From positions 23,622,001 through 23,686,000 of the forward strand of contig NC_043014.1 in the NCBI RefSeq assembly GCF_006345805.1: a stretch of 64,000 nt of DNA. The letters are read 5' to 3'. Positions 36,640-51,157 of the stretch are shown piece after piece (positions within the stretch are counted from its first letter, which is position 1; each line of letters begins with the position of its first letter). The notes under the pieces were generated by a model that was given only the letters and a program-made list of their open reading frames with translations, made no database searches and was not told the DNA's origin. The translations under genes and the position numbers were made by a program. The DNA comes from Octopus sinensis (Eukaryota).

Positions 36640-37480
36640 TACAATATATATATATATGTTCAGCTCCAGGCCAGCCCTGAAGAAGCAGATGATCAAGGCA
36701 TCCCAACCATGATAAGCTTGTTTCTCTTTTCATCATCATCTGGTCAGGTGATTTGTCTAGACCAGTGTACCTCTTCCAGACATCCCGATTGAACGATATT
36801 GCATAAATGTTGGGCTTGGGTTTTCAGCCACAATGGTCTTCCATCAGCAGAAATATCTCATCTGTACATGCTGCAACTTCAGATGACAGCAGTAGTTCCC
36901 TAACTGAACTGGTTGATCATGGCTATTGTTCAATATACCCTTCCTATTTTAAAATAGTAGGGGTGTGATCTGAAATATTGCAAGTGTGACCTTCAAACCA
37001 AATGGCAATCTATTATATTTATATAGTCTTCTGTGCGTATTCACTGTTAGAAGCTTCAAGCACTCCTCATCTACTATAATTTGCAAAAACGCATCAGACA
37101 GATCCAGTTTTGAAAATATTTTGCCACCATTTAATTTTGAAAAAAAATCCTCCAGAGTAGGCAGTGGATAGTGGCACATTTTTAGACAGTCATTCAAACC
37201 AGTAGAAAAAATGGCATACATCTTGATTTTGTTATTTTTTTTTTTTTAATACACACAGTTGGTGCTGCCCACTTAGAATAATCTACTTTTTGAATAATTG
37301 CCATCTCCTCTAGTCTGTCTAATTCTTCCTCTGACTGATTTATCGTAGCAAATGGTACCTTTCTATTAGTTTTGAATATAGGTACGACATTTTCCTTCAT
37401 TTGAAAAACAGGCCTCAGTCTTAGAACCGAGACCTAATTTATCCAACATCACTTCATGAAAGAAGTTTTGAAATTTTTTC
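36640..37480 (-). mobile_element. Ty3/Gypsy reverse transcriptase remnant
   Basis: PIFKTNRKVPFA...WAAPTV, YPLPTLEDFFSKLNGGKIFSKLDLSDAFLQI...VNTHRRLYKYNRLPFG. Confidence 0.88.
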
Positions 37481-38139
37481 TTCAATTCAGCTGGTGAGTT
37501 ATTTCCACTGGTGGAAATTTTATTTTTTTACAGAACAGACTTTTCATCACCTCTTTCCTAATGTGTGGCGGGTGTGCCTGTGTGTGTGTGTCATGTTGTG
37601 TATTGTGTGCCTGGCTGCAATCTGTTATTTGTTTGTTAGTTTAATTTGTAGATGATGAAAGCTTCCTTAATTCTTTAGTTGCCGAGATTTCTATCATTGG
37701 CTTCAATAGTAACTTTAATTTGTTTGTTGGTATTTTTACATCTATCAGTGTGTTTTTTAAAAATCTTGGCAACTTAAGGAAGCTTTGATTATCTGTAGGT
37801 TGTACCCACAGGTGAATGGTGGATTGGGGCTGGGCATGCAATGCATAGCATGACATACACGCACGGGCACATTTGCTACATATTGGAAAAGAGGTGATGA
37901 AAATTGATTTGTGGAGCGATAAGTTAATTATTGACATCACTAATATCCATGAAGAAGAGAAACACTTGAAAATTCAAATATAATCATAGCACTATGCAGT
38001 GTTATATATTATATATTGCGTATATATATATTGTATATATATTATACATATATATATTATGTATTATATATATATTATATATTACATAAATATATATATT
38101 ATATTACATAAATACGATGACGATGATGATGATATATAT

Positions 38140-38920
38140 ATCATCATCATCATCATCATCGTCGTTTAACGTCCGTTCTCCATGCTAGCATGGGTTGGAC
38201 GGTTCGACCGGGGATCTGGGAAGCCAGAAGGCTGCACCAGGCTCCAGTCTTATCTGGCAGTGTTTCTACAGCTGGATGCCCTTCCTAACGCCAACCACTC
38301 CGTGAGTGTAGTGGGTGCTTTTTACGTGCCACCTGCACAGGTGCCAGGCGAGGCTGGCAACGGCCACGGTCGGATTGGTGTATTTTATGTGCCACCGGCA
38401 CGGAAGCCAGACGAGGCAGTGCTGGCATCGGCCACGAGTCGGATGGTGCTTTTTACGTACCACCAGACCAGGGATCCTGGCTGGTTCAATTCGATTTCGA
38501 TTTCACTTGCCCCAACATGTCTTCGCAAGCAAAGGGGTTGGCATGGGTGCCTGTTGTACGGTCAGATTGGTGTATTTTACGTGCCACCGGCGCGGAAGCC
38601 AGTGGAGGCGGTACTGGCATCGGCCACGAGTCGGATAGTGCTTTTTACGTACCACCAGACCAGGGAACCTGGCTGGTTCAATTCGATTTCGCTTGCCCCA
38701 ACATGTCTTCGCAAGCAAGGGGGTTGGCATGGGTGCCTGTTGTACGGTCAGATTGGTGTATTTTACGTGCCACCGGCACATAAGCCAGTGGAGGCGGCGC
38801 TGGCATCGGCCACGAGTCGGATAGTGCTTTTTGGTTCGATTCGTTTCGCTTGCCCCAACATGTCTTCGCAAGCAAGGGGGTTGGCATGGGTGCCTGTCGT
38901 ACGGTCAGATTGGTGTATTT
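38140..38920 (-). mobile_element. RTE 3' end with approx 185-bp tandem triplication, running into the gap
   Basis: (GAT)n tail at 38140. gtcagattggtgtattt recurs at about 38561, 38746 and 38903. Confidence 0.85.
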
Positions 38921-39020
38921 NNNNNNNNNNNNNNNNNNNNNNNNNNNNNNNNNNNNNNNNNNNNNNNNNNNNNNNNNNNNNNNNNNNNNNNNNNNNNNNN
39001 NNNNNNNNNNNNNNNNNNNN
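38921..39020. other. Assembly gap (100 N)
   Basis: Run of n characters. Confidence 1.
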
Positions 39021-39049
39021 TACATATATATATATATACATATATATAT

Positions 39050-41995
39050 GATTTTGATTTTGATTTTGATTTTTCCAGTTTCAGCTTACAAGCTGTGGCC
39101 ATGCTGGGGCACCGCCATTTGGTGTTGCTACTTGGTTCACTTCACGAAGGCTTTCTAGCAACTGCTATTTGGTGCATGAGAGAGTTCGATGCAGCTGCCC
39201 TCATCTGCCCCTCCTGCCGTGAAGTTGGTTCATCTGGGACACCTGACAGGAAGAGATCCAGCTTCATTTTAAAGACATCTGTATCCACCCCATGCAGGTC
39301 TCTCAGGTTCTTCGGGAGGATATTAAAGAGCTGTGGGCCTCAGAAGCCCAGGCTATCACAGAATCTTGTCCTATATCTTGATGGCAAGTTTGGAGTCCTA
39401 GGCACCACGCAGTGGCGCCCAGTTCTGGCATTTGCGTAACTCTCGATGCCAAAGTTCAGGACACTTCCCTCCAGGATCTTCCAGATGTATATTATGGCAT
39501 ATCTTTCCCGCCTACGCTCCAGGGAATATAATTTTAATTTGTTGAGTCTTTCCCAGTAGCTTACATTCTGCATAGAGGCTATCTTCTTTGTGTAGTTACG
39601 TTGCATCGCCTCTAGCTCTGTGATCAACTTGACACTGGATGGTGACCATAACTGAGAGCAGTAGTCAAAGTGGCATAGGACAAGTGTCCTCCAGAGGACC
39701 ATCATGGCTTCTTGTTCTCTTGTTCTAAAGGTTCTGAGGATCCATCCGGCCAGTCGTCTACATTTCATTGCCAATTTAGCAACATGTACACGAAAGGTCG
39801 TGTCATCACTCATGTAAATACCTAGGTCACGCACTGATTGTGCCTCTGGGATTGCTATTCCTCCGGGTCCAGTGTATTCATTGGGTATTGCATTTAGTTT
39901 TGCATGCTGATAGTATAGAGCTTGAAACTTTTCAGCATTGAACTGCATGCTATTCTTTTCGGCAGACTTGTATATTTTGTCCAGCTCACATTGCAGGTCT
40001 CTTGTGTCCTCAGGGTTCTGTATTGCCTGTGAAACTTTTGTATCATCTGCATAACTTGTGATCGTGGCTCTCTGCGTGGCTGAGGGCATGTCTGAGAGGG
40101 CCATTATGAACAGTAGTGGTCCCAGAACAGTGCCCTGCGGAACACCGCTCACTATTTGCGTGTTAATGGAAGTGGCCCCATTGGCCACTACGACCTGACT
40201 TCTATCTTTCAGAAGGTCATGAAGCCATTCTCCCATTTTTCCAACTATGTTGAAATCACGCAGTTTGTGACATATCATTCAAAATCGACTTTATCAAGGC
40301 CTTTGCAAAGTCGAGATATATCACTTCCCACATTTGAGTGGTTGAGCAGGCCGTTTCAGCACCCAGTCATGTGGTTGTAGGAGCTGAGTTAAACAGCTTC
40401 TCCCTGGTCGGAACCATGTTGGGTGTCGGGCAGCAAGTCATTCTTCTTCAAGGAAGTGATCATCTTCCTTCTGACTATTCGTTCCATGACCTTGCTGATG
40501 TGTGAGGTCAGAGAGATAGGGTCTATAGGTTTGGCTCCCTCTGCTACCTCCTTTATGAATGGGGCATATTTTACCTTCCTTCAGTTTTCCCTTGGAAGTT
40601 TGCCAGCTGCAAGGAGCTCTGAAAGAGAAACTGCAGTGGTCTTGCTAGGACTCTCTTACAGCTTTTAGGAGGATTGCCGGAATCCATCGGTGCGCAGTAG
40701 CTGATTCTGTTTTCATTTCATCTATAGCCTTGATACATCGTCTTCCTTTATATCGATGTAATCTATCGTTGCCCGCCTCTGATTTTATATCTGCAGTGGT
40801 AAAAAAGTAAATTCAGTTGGATTGGTGATTTGGAGATGCCCAAGGGGTGGAGTGAAAACACTCTTGAATTGCTCATTCAGTATTTCACTTACCCTCATTG
40901 GCTTTCCTGTGAGTGTGCCATCCTTTTCGAGGAGTGGCCCTATTCTACAGTGCACCATAGCTGTTTCTTTGCATACCTGTAGAAAGCTTTGGGGTTAGAT
41001 TTTATGTTGTCTATAGCCCAGGCTTCTTTGTCTGCTATTTCCTTTTATGGGAGAGTTGAGTCAGACATTTTCAATTTCCAACAGTTTTATTTTTAGGCGG
41101 GACTTTTTCACTGCTTTCAATCTGTTTGTTTAGGCGATTTGAAAATTTTGTACGCCGTCTCCAGTTAAATTTTCCTCTCTCTGGGGGATTTTGTTCTTGT
41201 GCCAGTGGCCTTTCTCCCTGGGACAGATTTGTAGCATATGGCTTGCATTACGACATGAATTGTTGAATTTCACGTCGATGTCTGGCGAGGAGAGACGTTC
41301 AGGCCAGTTTTGTTTGATGATCTCTTTCTCAATTTGTTTCCAGTTTGCCTTATGGTAGTTCAAGCTGGAAAGATTCTGGGGTTTCTTGTAGGCTGCTGTC
41401 CGTGCTCTCTTTTGCCCGTACATGTTCAGCTCTATCATTGTGATCCGAGAGTAGTGTCGTTGGTCACTTTCAATTATGGATGAGATCCATGTCATTTTGA
41501 AGCAGAGATCCAGTGTGTTACCTGCCCTGGTTGGTTGGAGTATTACCTGCTCCATGTACATGGGTGTTGATGAGGTTCAGGAGGGACCTCGCCTGACCTC
41601 GTTCACATCTTGTCATTCCTGGAGAGAAAGGCCCTCGGGCCATCTGACATTGGCAGATTGAAGTCTCCCATAAGAGTACACTTATGTGTTGTTCTAATGT
41701 GGTTAGAACTTCTAGTTTTATAAGCAGTCTTCAAACTTGCCCACATGGCTTGGGCATCTGGAGGCGATATGTAGCACACACCACTACATCAAGTTGCCTA
41801 ATATGTACAATAAGTGGTGTCACACACCGAGTTTGAGTATGACAACAGGACCTGGGTGTGAGGTCCCCACGGATGTACATAGCAACACCTCCATGACTCC
41901 TTCTTTCCTGTCGGTCCGTAGTACAGCATACTGTGGGATGTGTACTCCGCATCTGCTATATCCGTTTCAGGTGCGTTTCCGTTAGTGCTATGCAT
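39050..41995 (-). mobile_element. CR1/L2-type LINE (EN + RT), copy A, (AAAATC)n tail
   Basis: ORF 39340-40278: SGVPQGTVLGPLLF, YADDTKV, KLYSLERRRERY. Endonuclease pieces lie upstream. Flanked by (TA)n. Confidence 0.93.
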
Positions 41996-42264
41996 AAGGC
42001 TTTATTGCATGCATATATACTATATATACATATATATATACATATAAATATATACATATATATATACATATATATACATTTATATATACATATAAATATA
42101 TACATATAAGATATACATATATATATACATATTATATACATATATATATACATATATATCATATATATATACATATATATACATATATATATAATAATAT
42201 ATATATATATACATATATATATATACATATATATATACATACATATATATATACATAATATATA

Positions 42265-45200
42265 AACATTATATACAAGGGCTTAGTAAAATAAATTACT
42301 TTGCCGGCATACTGACTCATTAGAAATAGCAGCTAAAAACTTTTAAAGCTATTTCTAATACTTAAGAAAATCTCTCTCATATATAGTGTTTGCTTATTTC
42401 AACTCACACAAGTTTGGGGGTAAGGACATCGAAAAATCAAATGCTAAGGTTATTTGAGAACGTACGTTTCAAGATTAGTCAAAACAACATTTCTATCAAT
42501 CAGCTCAGAAATTCCTTGGTTTGGATTTGGAAACACTGAAAATAAGAACATACCCTTTCGAAGATCTGCTCGTAACTAACAGTGCCAACAAATCAAATAA
42601 GCAAGCGAAGAATCTCTGTTCTCCCCTTTCCACCAGCGTGAGTTAAAATCATCAACACTATGCTTATTTCGGTAAAATCCGAAGCATTAATCAAGGGAGA
42701 TAATTATAATTTCAACAATGAGTTCAGTATGCGGCAAAGTATTTATTTTACTAAGCCCTTTTATATAATGTAATAATTTGAATTCGCCTTGAATGGTCCT
42801 TTGCATACTGAACACTTGGTGAAATTGATTAATAATTAATTAATTTGCCCTCAATTGTTGAAATTATAATTAATCTCCCCTCTGATTAATGGCTTCGGAT
42901 TTTACCGAAATAAGCATAGTGTTTGATGATTTTTAACCACGCTGGTGGAAAGGGGAGAACAGAGATTCTTCGCTTGCTTATTTGAATTTGTTGGCACTGT
43001 TAGTTACGAGCATATCTTCGAAAGGGTTTTCTTATTTTCAGTGTTTCCAAATCCAAACAAGGAATTTCTGAGCTGATGATAGAAATGTTGTTTTGACTAA
43101 TCTTGAAACGTACGTTCTCAAATAACCTTAGCATTTGATTTTTCGATGTCCTTACCCCCAAAACTTTTGTGAGTTGAATTAAGCAAACACTATATATGAA
43201 GAGATTTTCTTTAAGTATTAGAATAGCTTTAAAAACGTTTTTTAGGTGCTATTTCTAATGAGTTCAGTAATGCGGCAAAGTAATTTATTTTACTAAGCCT
43301 TTTATATAATGTAATAATTTGAATTCGCCTTGAAATGGTCCCTTTGCATACTGAACACTTGGTGAAATTGATTAATAATTAATTAATTTTGCCCTCAATT
43401 GTTGAAATTATAATTAATCTCCCTCTGATTATGCTTCGGATTTTACCGAAATAAGCATAGTGTTTTGATGATTTTAACCCACGCTGGTGGAAAGGGGTGA
43501 ACAGAGATTCTTCGCTTGCTTATTTGAATTTGTTGGCACTGTTAGTTACGAGCAATCTTCGAAAGGGTATTTCTTATTTTCTCAGTGTTTTCCAAATCCA
43601 AACCAAGGAATTTCTGAGCTGATGATAGAAATGTTGTTTTGACTAATCTTGAAACGTACGTTCTCAAATAACCTAGCATTTGATTTTCGATGTCCTTACC
43701 CCCAAACTTTGTGGAGTTGAATTAAGCAAAACACTATATATGAGAGAGATTTTCTTTAAGTATTAGAAATAGCTTTAAAAAAGTTTTTTAGCTGCTATTT
43801 CTAATGAGTTCAGTATGCGGCAAAGTAATTTATTTTACTAAGCCCTTTATATAATGTAATAATTTGAATTCGCCTTGAATGGTCCCTTTGCATACTGAAC
43901 ACTTGGTGAAATTGATTAATAATTAATTAATTTTGCCCTCAATTGTTGAAATTATAATTAATCTCCCTCTGATTAATGCTTCAGATTTTACCGAAATAAG
44001 CATAGTGTTTGATGATTTTAACCCACGCTGGTGGAAAGGGAGAACGAGATTCTTCGCTTGCTTATTTGAATTTGTTGGCACTGTTAGTTACAAACAGATC
44101 TTCGAAGGGTATGTTCTTATTTTCAGTGTTTCCAAATCCAAACCAAGGAATTTCTGAGCTGATGAGAAATGTTGTTTTGACTAATCTTGAAACGTACGTT
44201 CTCAATAACCTTAGCATTTGATTTTCGATGTCTTACCCCCAAACTTTTGTGAGTTTGAATTAAGCAAACACTATATATGAGAGAGATTTTCTTTAAGTAT
44301 TAGAAATAGCTTTAAAAAAGTTTTTTATCTGCTATTTCTAATGAGTTCATATGCGGCAAAGTAATTTATTTTACTAAGCCCTTATATAATGTAATAATTT
44401 GAATTCGCCTTGAATGGTCCCTTTGCATACTGAACACTTGGTGAAATTGATTAATAATTAATTAATTTTGCCCTCAATTGTTGAAATTATAATTAATCTC
44501 CCTCTGATTAATGCTTCGGATTTTACCGAAATAAGCATAGTGTTTGATGATTTTAACCCCCGCTGGTGGAAAGGGGAGAACAGAGATTCTTCGCTTGCTT
44601 ATTTGAATTTGTTGGCACTGTTAGTTACGAGCATCTTCGAAGGGTATGTTCTTATTTTCAGTGTTTCCAAATCCAAACCAAGGAATTTCTGAGCTGATGA
44701 TAGAATGTTGTTTTGACTAATCTTGAAACGTACGTTCTCAAATACCTTAGCATTTGATTTTTCGATGTCCTTACCCCCAAACTTTTGTGAGTTGAATTAA
44801 GCAAACACTATATATGAGAGAGATTTTCTTAAGTATTAGAAATAGCTTTAAAAAAGTTTTTTAGCTGCTATTTCTAATGAGTTCAGTATGCGGCAAAGTA
44901 ATTATTTTACTAAGCCCTTTTATATAATGTAATAATTTGAATTCGCCTTGAATGGTCCCTTGCATACTGAACACTTGGTGAATTGATTAATAATTATTAA
45001 TTTTGCCCTCATTGTTGAAATTATAATTAATCTCCCTCTGATTAATGCTTCGGATTTTACCGAAAAAGCATAGTGTTTGATGATTTTAACCCACGCTGGT
45101 GGAAAGGGGAGAACAGAGATTCTTCGCTTGCTTATTTGAATTTGTTGGCACTGTTAGTTACGAGCAGATCTTCGAAAGGGTATGTTCTTTTTTTCAGTGT

Positions 45201-45566
45201 TTCCAAATCCAAACCAAGAATTTCTGAGCTGATGATAGAATGTTGTTTTGACTAATCTTGAAACGTACGTTCTCAAATAACCTTAGCATTTGATTTTTTC
45301 GATGTCCTTACCCCCAAACTTTTGTGAGTTGAATTAAGCAAACACTATATATGAGAGAGATTTTCTTAAGTATTAGAAATAGCTTTAAAAAAGTTTTTTA
45401 GCTGCTATTTCTAATGAGTTCAGTATGCGGCAAAGTAATTTATTTTACTAAGCCCTTTTATTTATAAATGTAATAATTTTGAATTCGCCTTGAATGGTCC
45501 CTTTGCATACTGAACACTTGGTGAATTGATTAATAATTAATTAATTTTGCCCTCAATTGTTGAAAT
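42265..45566 (+). repeat. Tandem array of approx 535-546-bp units (5.3 copies, 42720-45566) preceded by an inverted 455-bp copy (42265-42719); each unit carries a hammerhead motif
   Basis: CTGATGA at 43073, 43619, 44159, 44694 and 45229 (spacing 546/540/535/535). Array bounded by (TA)n at both ends. Confidence 0.95.
43059..43129 (+). ncRNA. Putative type I hammerhead ribozyme of the array unit (also near 43619, 44159, 44694, 45229; inverted copy 42446-42517 has CUGAUUGA)
   Basis: aagg-aauuuc-UGAG CUGAUGA U-AGA[..]UCU-U GAAAC GUAC GUU CUCA-aauaa-ccuu. The core is complete, stem I is 4+4 bp and stem III is the palindrome ACGUACGU. Stem II is weak (U.U closing pair) and the triplet is GUU. Confidence 0.65.
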
Positions 45567-45615
45567 ATATATATAAACATATATATATACATATATATAT
45601 ATAATATATATATAC

Positions 45616-45646
<31 letters not shown>

Positions 45647-45705
45647 CATATATATATACATATATATATATACATATATATATATACATATATACATATA
45701 TATAT

Positions 45706-45746
<41 letters not shown>

Positions 45747-46486
45747 TATACGTATATTATATATACGTATAATATATAATACGTATTTATATATATATAT
45801 ATTATATATATACATTATATATATCATAGATATATATAATATATATAAGATAACATATATATATACTATATATATACATATATATATATATATACCATTA
45901 TACATATATATATACATATATATACGTATATATATATACATATATATATATATATACATATATATACATATATATATACATAGATATTATATATATACAT
46001 ATATATACGTATATTATACATATATATACGTATAATATATATTATATATATAATACATATATATTCATATATATATATATATATATACATATATATACAT
46101 ATATATATAATCAATATATATATATATATATACATATATATACATATATATATATACATATATATACATATATATATACATATATACATATATACATATA
46201 CATAGATACATATACATATATATATATACATATATACATATATATATACATATATACATATATAATATACATATATACAATAAATATATACATATATATT
46301 ATCACTATATACATATCCAATATACAATATATATATACATATACATATACATAATATATACATATATACATATATAATATACATATATACATACATATAT
46401 ATATATACATATATACATATATATATAACATATATATATATATACATATATATATATACAATATATATTATATCATATATATATAT

Positions 46487-46547
<61 letters not shown>

Positions 46548-46571
46548 ATACATATACATCATATATATATA

Positions 46572-46602
<31 letters not shown>

Positions 46603-46731
46603 CATACATATATATAGATATATATATACATATATATATATATCATACATATATATATATTATACATATATATATTATAAATATATACATATACAACAAT
46701 TAATATACTATACATACATATATAATATACA

Positions 46732-46795
<64 letters not shown>

Positions 46796-46887
46796 TACAT
46801 ATATATATATATATATATATCATATATATATAGATATTATCCATATATATATTACATATATATATATATTACATATATATAATATAT

Positions 46888-46919
<32 letters not shown>

Positions 46920-46934
46920 ATATATATACCATAT

Positions 46935-46977
<43 letters not shown>

Positions 46978-46995
46978 TACATATATATACCATAT
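45567..46995. repeat. Long imperfect (TA)n/(TATAC)n microsatellite
   Basis: Direct reading. Confidence 0.95.
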
Positions 46996-49900
46996 ACGTG
47001 TTTGTTGAAAGGGCAGCTGTGAGCAGGAATCTTTTTTGTGCATGGCACAAAAGATTGTACAGCAGCTAACCTGGCTCCATCAGGCTTAGGCTCGCAGATG
47101 GAACTGCCCACAGTTCACAAGACCGTCACAGCAGATGGACCCAGGGTGGACACCACCGGCAACATCATACACCTCACCTCGATGCTCCTACTGAACATCA
47201 GAGGACTACTAACACACAGTAACAGGACAAAAGTCCCGTTCCTGAGAGACTTTGTCGCATGCAATCAAGCTTAGCATAGCACTCACGGAAACGCATCTGA
47301 AACCGGACATAGCAGATGCGGAATTACACATACCACAGTATGTTGTACTACGGACCGACAGAAAGAGAGGAGCCATGGAGGAGTTGCTATGTACATCCGT
47401 GAGGACCTCACACCCCAGTCCTTTTGTCACACTCAAACTCGGTTGTGACACACTAATTGTCACATAAGGCACTTGATGTAGTTGTGTGTGCTACATATCA
47501 CCTCCAGATGCCCCAAGCCATATGGGCAAGTTTGAGGACTGCCTTTTAAAAATAGAAGAAGTTCTAATCACATTAGAACAACACATAAGTGTACTTCTCA
47601 TGGGAGACTTCAATCTACCCAATTTCAGATGGCCCGAGGGCCTCTCTCTCCCAGGAATGACAAGATGTGAACGAGGACAGGCGAGGTCCCTCCTGAACCT
47701 CATCAACACCTGTACATGGAGCAAGTATACTCCAACCAACCAGAGCAGGTAACACACTGGATCTCTGCTTCACAAATAATATGGATCTCATCCATAATGT
47801 GAAAGTGACACCGACACTACTCTCGGATCACAACATGGTAGAGCTGACCATGTACTGGCCAAAAGAGAGCACGGACATGCAGCCTACAAGAAACCCTCAG
47901 AATCTTTCCAGCTTGAACTTCAATAAGGCAAACTGGAAAAATTGAGAAAGAGATCCTCAAACAAAACTGGCCTGAATGTCACTCCTCACCGGACATCGAC
48001 ATGATACTTCAACAATTCATGTCTGTAATGCAAGCCATATGCTACAAATTGTCCCAGAGAGAAAGGCCACTGTACACAAGAACAAAACCCAGAGAGAGGA
48101 AAATTTTATGAGACAGCGTACAAAAATTTAAATCGCCTAAACAAACAAATTGAAAGCAGTGAAAAGTCCCCCTGAAAATAAAACTGTTGGAAATTGAAAA
48201 TTGTCGCAAACTCCATGAGAAGGAAAGAGCAGACAAAGAAGCCTGGGCTATAGACAACATAAAAACTGACCCCAGAGCTTTCTACAGGTATGCCAAAGAA
48301 ACAGCTACGGTGCACTGTAGGATAGGGCCACTCTTTGAAAAGGATGGCACACTCACAGGAAAACCAATGAGGGTAAGTGAAATACTGAATGAACAATTCA
48401 AGAGTGTTTTCACTCCAACCCTTGGGCATTTCCAAATCAGCAATCGAACTGACTTCTTTACCACTGCAGATATAGAATCAGAGGCGGCAACGATAAATTA
48501 CATCGATATAAAGGAAGACGATGTAATAAAGGCTATAGATGAAATGAAAACAGACTCAGCTATTGGCCCCGATGGATTCCCGGCAATCCTCCTAAAAGCA
48601 TGTAAGAGAGTCCTAGCAAGACCACTGCAGTTCCTCTTTCAGAGCTTCCTTGCAGTTGGCAAACTTCCAAGAAAACTGAAGGAAGGTAAAATATGCCCTA
48701 TTCATAAAGGAGGTAGCAGAGCGGAGGCCAAGAACTACAGACATATCTCTCTGACCTCACACATCAGCAAGGTCATGGAACGAAATTAGTCAGAAGGAAA
48801 CTAATCACCTTCCTTGAAGAAAATGACTTGCTGCCTGACACCACATGGTTTTCCGACCAGGAAGAAGCTGCTTAACTCAGCTCCGCAGCACTATGACTGG
48901 GTGCTGAAACAACTGCTCAACCACTCAAATGTGGAAGTCATATATCTCGACTTCGCAAAGGCCTTCGATATAGTCGATCATGGAATGATATGTCACAAAC
49001 TGCGTGATCTTGGCATAGTTGGAAAACTAGGAGAATGGCTTCATGACTTTCTGAAGAATAGAAGTCAGGTGGAAGCAGCCAATGGGGCCACTTCCATTAG
49101 CATGCAAATAGTGAGCGGTGTTCCACAGGGCACTGTTTTGGGACCACTGCTGTTCATAATGGCCCTCTCAGACATGCCCTCAGCCACGATCACAGGTTAT
49201 GCAGATGATACAAACGTTTCACAGGCAATACAGAACCCTGAAGACACTAAGCACCTGCAATGTGAGCTGGACAAAATATACAAGTGGGCCGAAAAGAATA
49301 GCATGCAGTTCAATGCCGAAAAGTTTCAAGCTTTATACTATCAGCATGCAAAACTGAATGCAATACCCAATAAATACACTGGACCCGGAGGGATTGCAAT
49401 CCCAGAGGCACAATCAGTGCGTGACCTGGGTATTCACATGAGTGATGACGCGACCTTTCATGTACATGTTGCTAAACTGACAATGAAATGCAGACGGCTG
49501 GCTGGATGGATTCTTAGAACCTTTAGAACAAGAGAACAAGAAACCATGATGGTCCTCTGGAAGACACTTGTCCTAAGCCACTTTGGCTATTGCTCTCAGC
49601 TATGGTCACCATCCAGTGTCAAGTTGATCACAGAACTTGAGGCGATCCGACGAAGCTACACGAAGAAGATAGCCTCTACGCAGCATACGAGCTACTGGGA
49701 GAGACTCAAGAGATTAAAGCTCTATTCCCTGGAGCGTAGGCGAGAAAGATATGCCATAATATATATCTGGGAGATCCTGGAAGGTCTTGTCCCAGACTTT
49801 GGCATCGAGAGTCACACAAACGCCAGAACCGGACGCCACTGCGACGTACCAAGGACTCCAAATTTGCCATCAAGATGTAGGACAAGATATTGTGATAGCC

Positions 49901-50209
49901 TGGGCTTCAGAGGCCCACGGCTCTTCAATGTCCTCCCGAAGAACCTGAGGGACCTGCATGGTGTAAGATGCGGATGTCTTTAAAGCAGACTGGATCTCTT
50001 CCTGTCAGGTGTCCCGGATGAACCAAGTTCACGGCAGGAGGTGCAATGAGGGCAGCTGCATCAAACTCTCTCATGCATCAGATGGCGTTTGCTGAAAAGC
50101 ATCCGTGAGGTAAACCCGTGTAGCAAACCAAATGGCGGGTGCCCCCAGCATGGCCACAGCTCATTAGCTGAAACTGGAAAAATCCAAAATCAAAATCAAA
50201 ATCAAAATC

Positions 50210-50211
<2 letters not shown>
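46996..50211 (+). mobile_element. CR1/L2-type LINE (EN + RT), copy B, probably the most complete
   Basis: [69 protein letters not shown]. 3' end ...catggccacagctc..gctgaaactgg(aaaatc)n. Confidence 0.93.
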
Positions 50212-50273
<62 letters not shown>

Positions 50274-50305
50274 TGTATATATATATATACATATATATTA
50301 TATAC

Positions 50306-50455
50306 ATGATTGATTGATTGATTCTAGTTTCGGATCATGAGCTGTGGCCATGCTGGGGCACCGCCATTTGGTGTTGCTACATGGTTTTACTTCACGAAAG
50401 CTTTTGGCAACTGCGATTTGGTGCATGAGAGAGTTCGATGCAGCTACCCTCCTAT
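50306..50455 (-). mobile_element. Very short 3' fragment of the same LINE family, (AATC)n tail
   Basis: gattgattgattctagtttcggatcatgagctgtggccatgctggggcaccgcc. Confidence 0.85.
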
Positions 50456-51125
50456 ATATATACAATATATATATATATATATTATATATATATAATATAT
50501 ACATATATACATATATATACACATATATATATGATGATGATGACATATATATATACATATATACATATATATATGATGATGATGACATATATATATTATA
50601 TATAAATAATATATATATATATATAATATGTATATATACATATAATATATATACATATATATATATATACATATACATTATATATATATACATATATATA
50701 TATATACCATATATATACATAATATATATATATACATATATATATATACATATACATATATATATATATATAATATATATATATATATATACATATTATA
50801 TATATACACATATATATACATACATATATATATATACATATATATATACATTATATATATACATATATATATACATACATATATATATACATATATACAT
50901 ACATATATATACACATACATATATATATACATACATATATATAACATATATACAATATATATATACATACATATATATATACATACATATATATATACAA
51001 CAATATATATACATATATATATATACATACATATATATATACATACATAATATATACATATATACATACATATAATATACATACATACATATACATACCA
51101 TACATATATATACATATATAAAATA

Positions 51126-51157
<32 letters not shown>

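Noticed and set aside
43933-45255. Repeated small ORFs MPSIVEIIINLPLINASDF... in the array
   Set aside because: Non-ATG starts, and the frames break differently in each copy; no evidence of coding.
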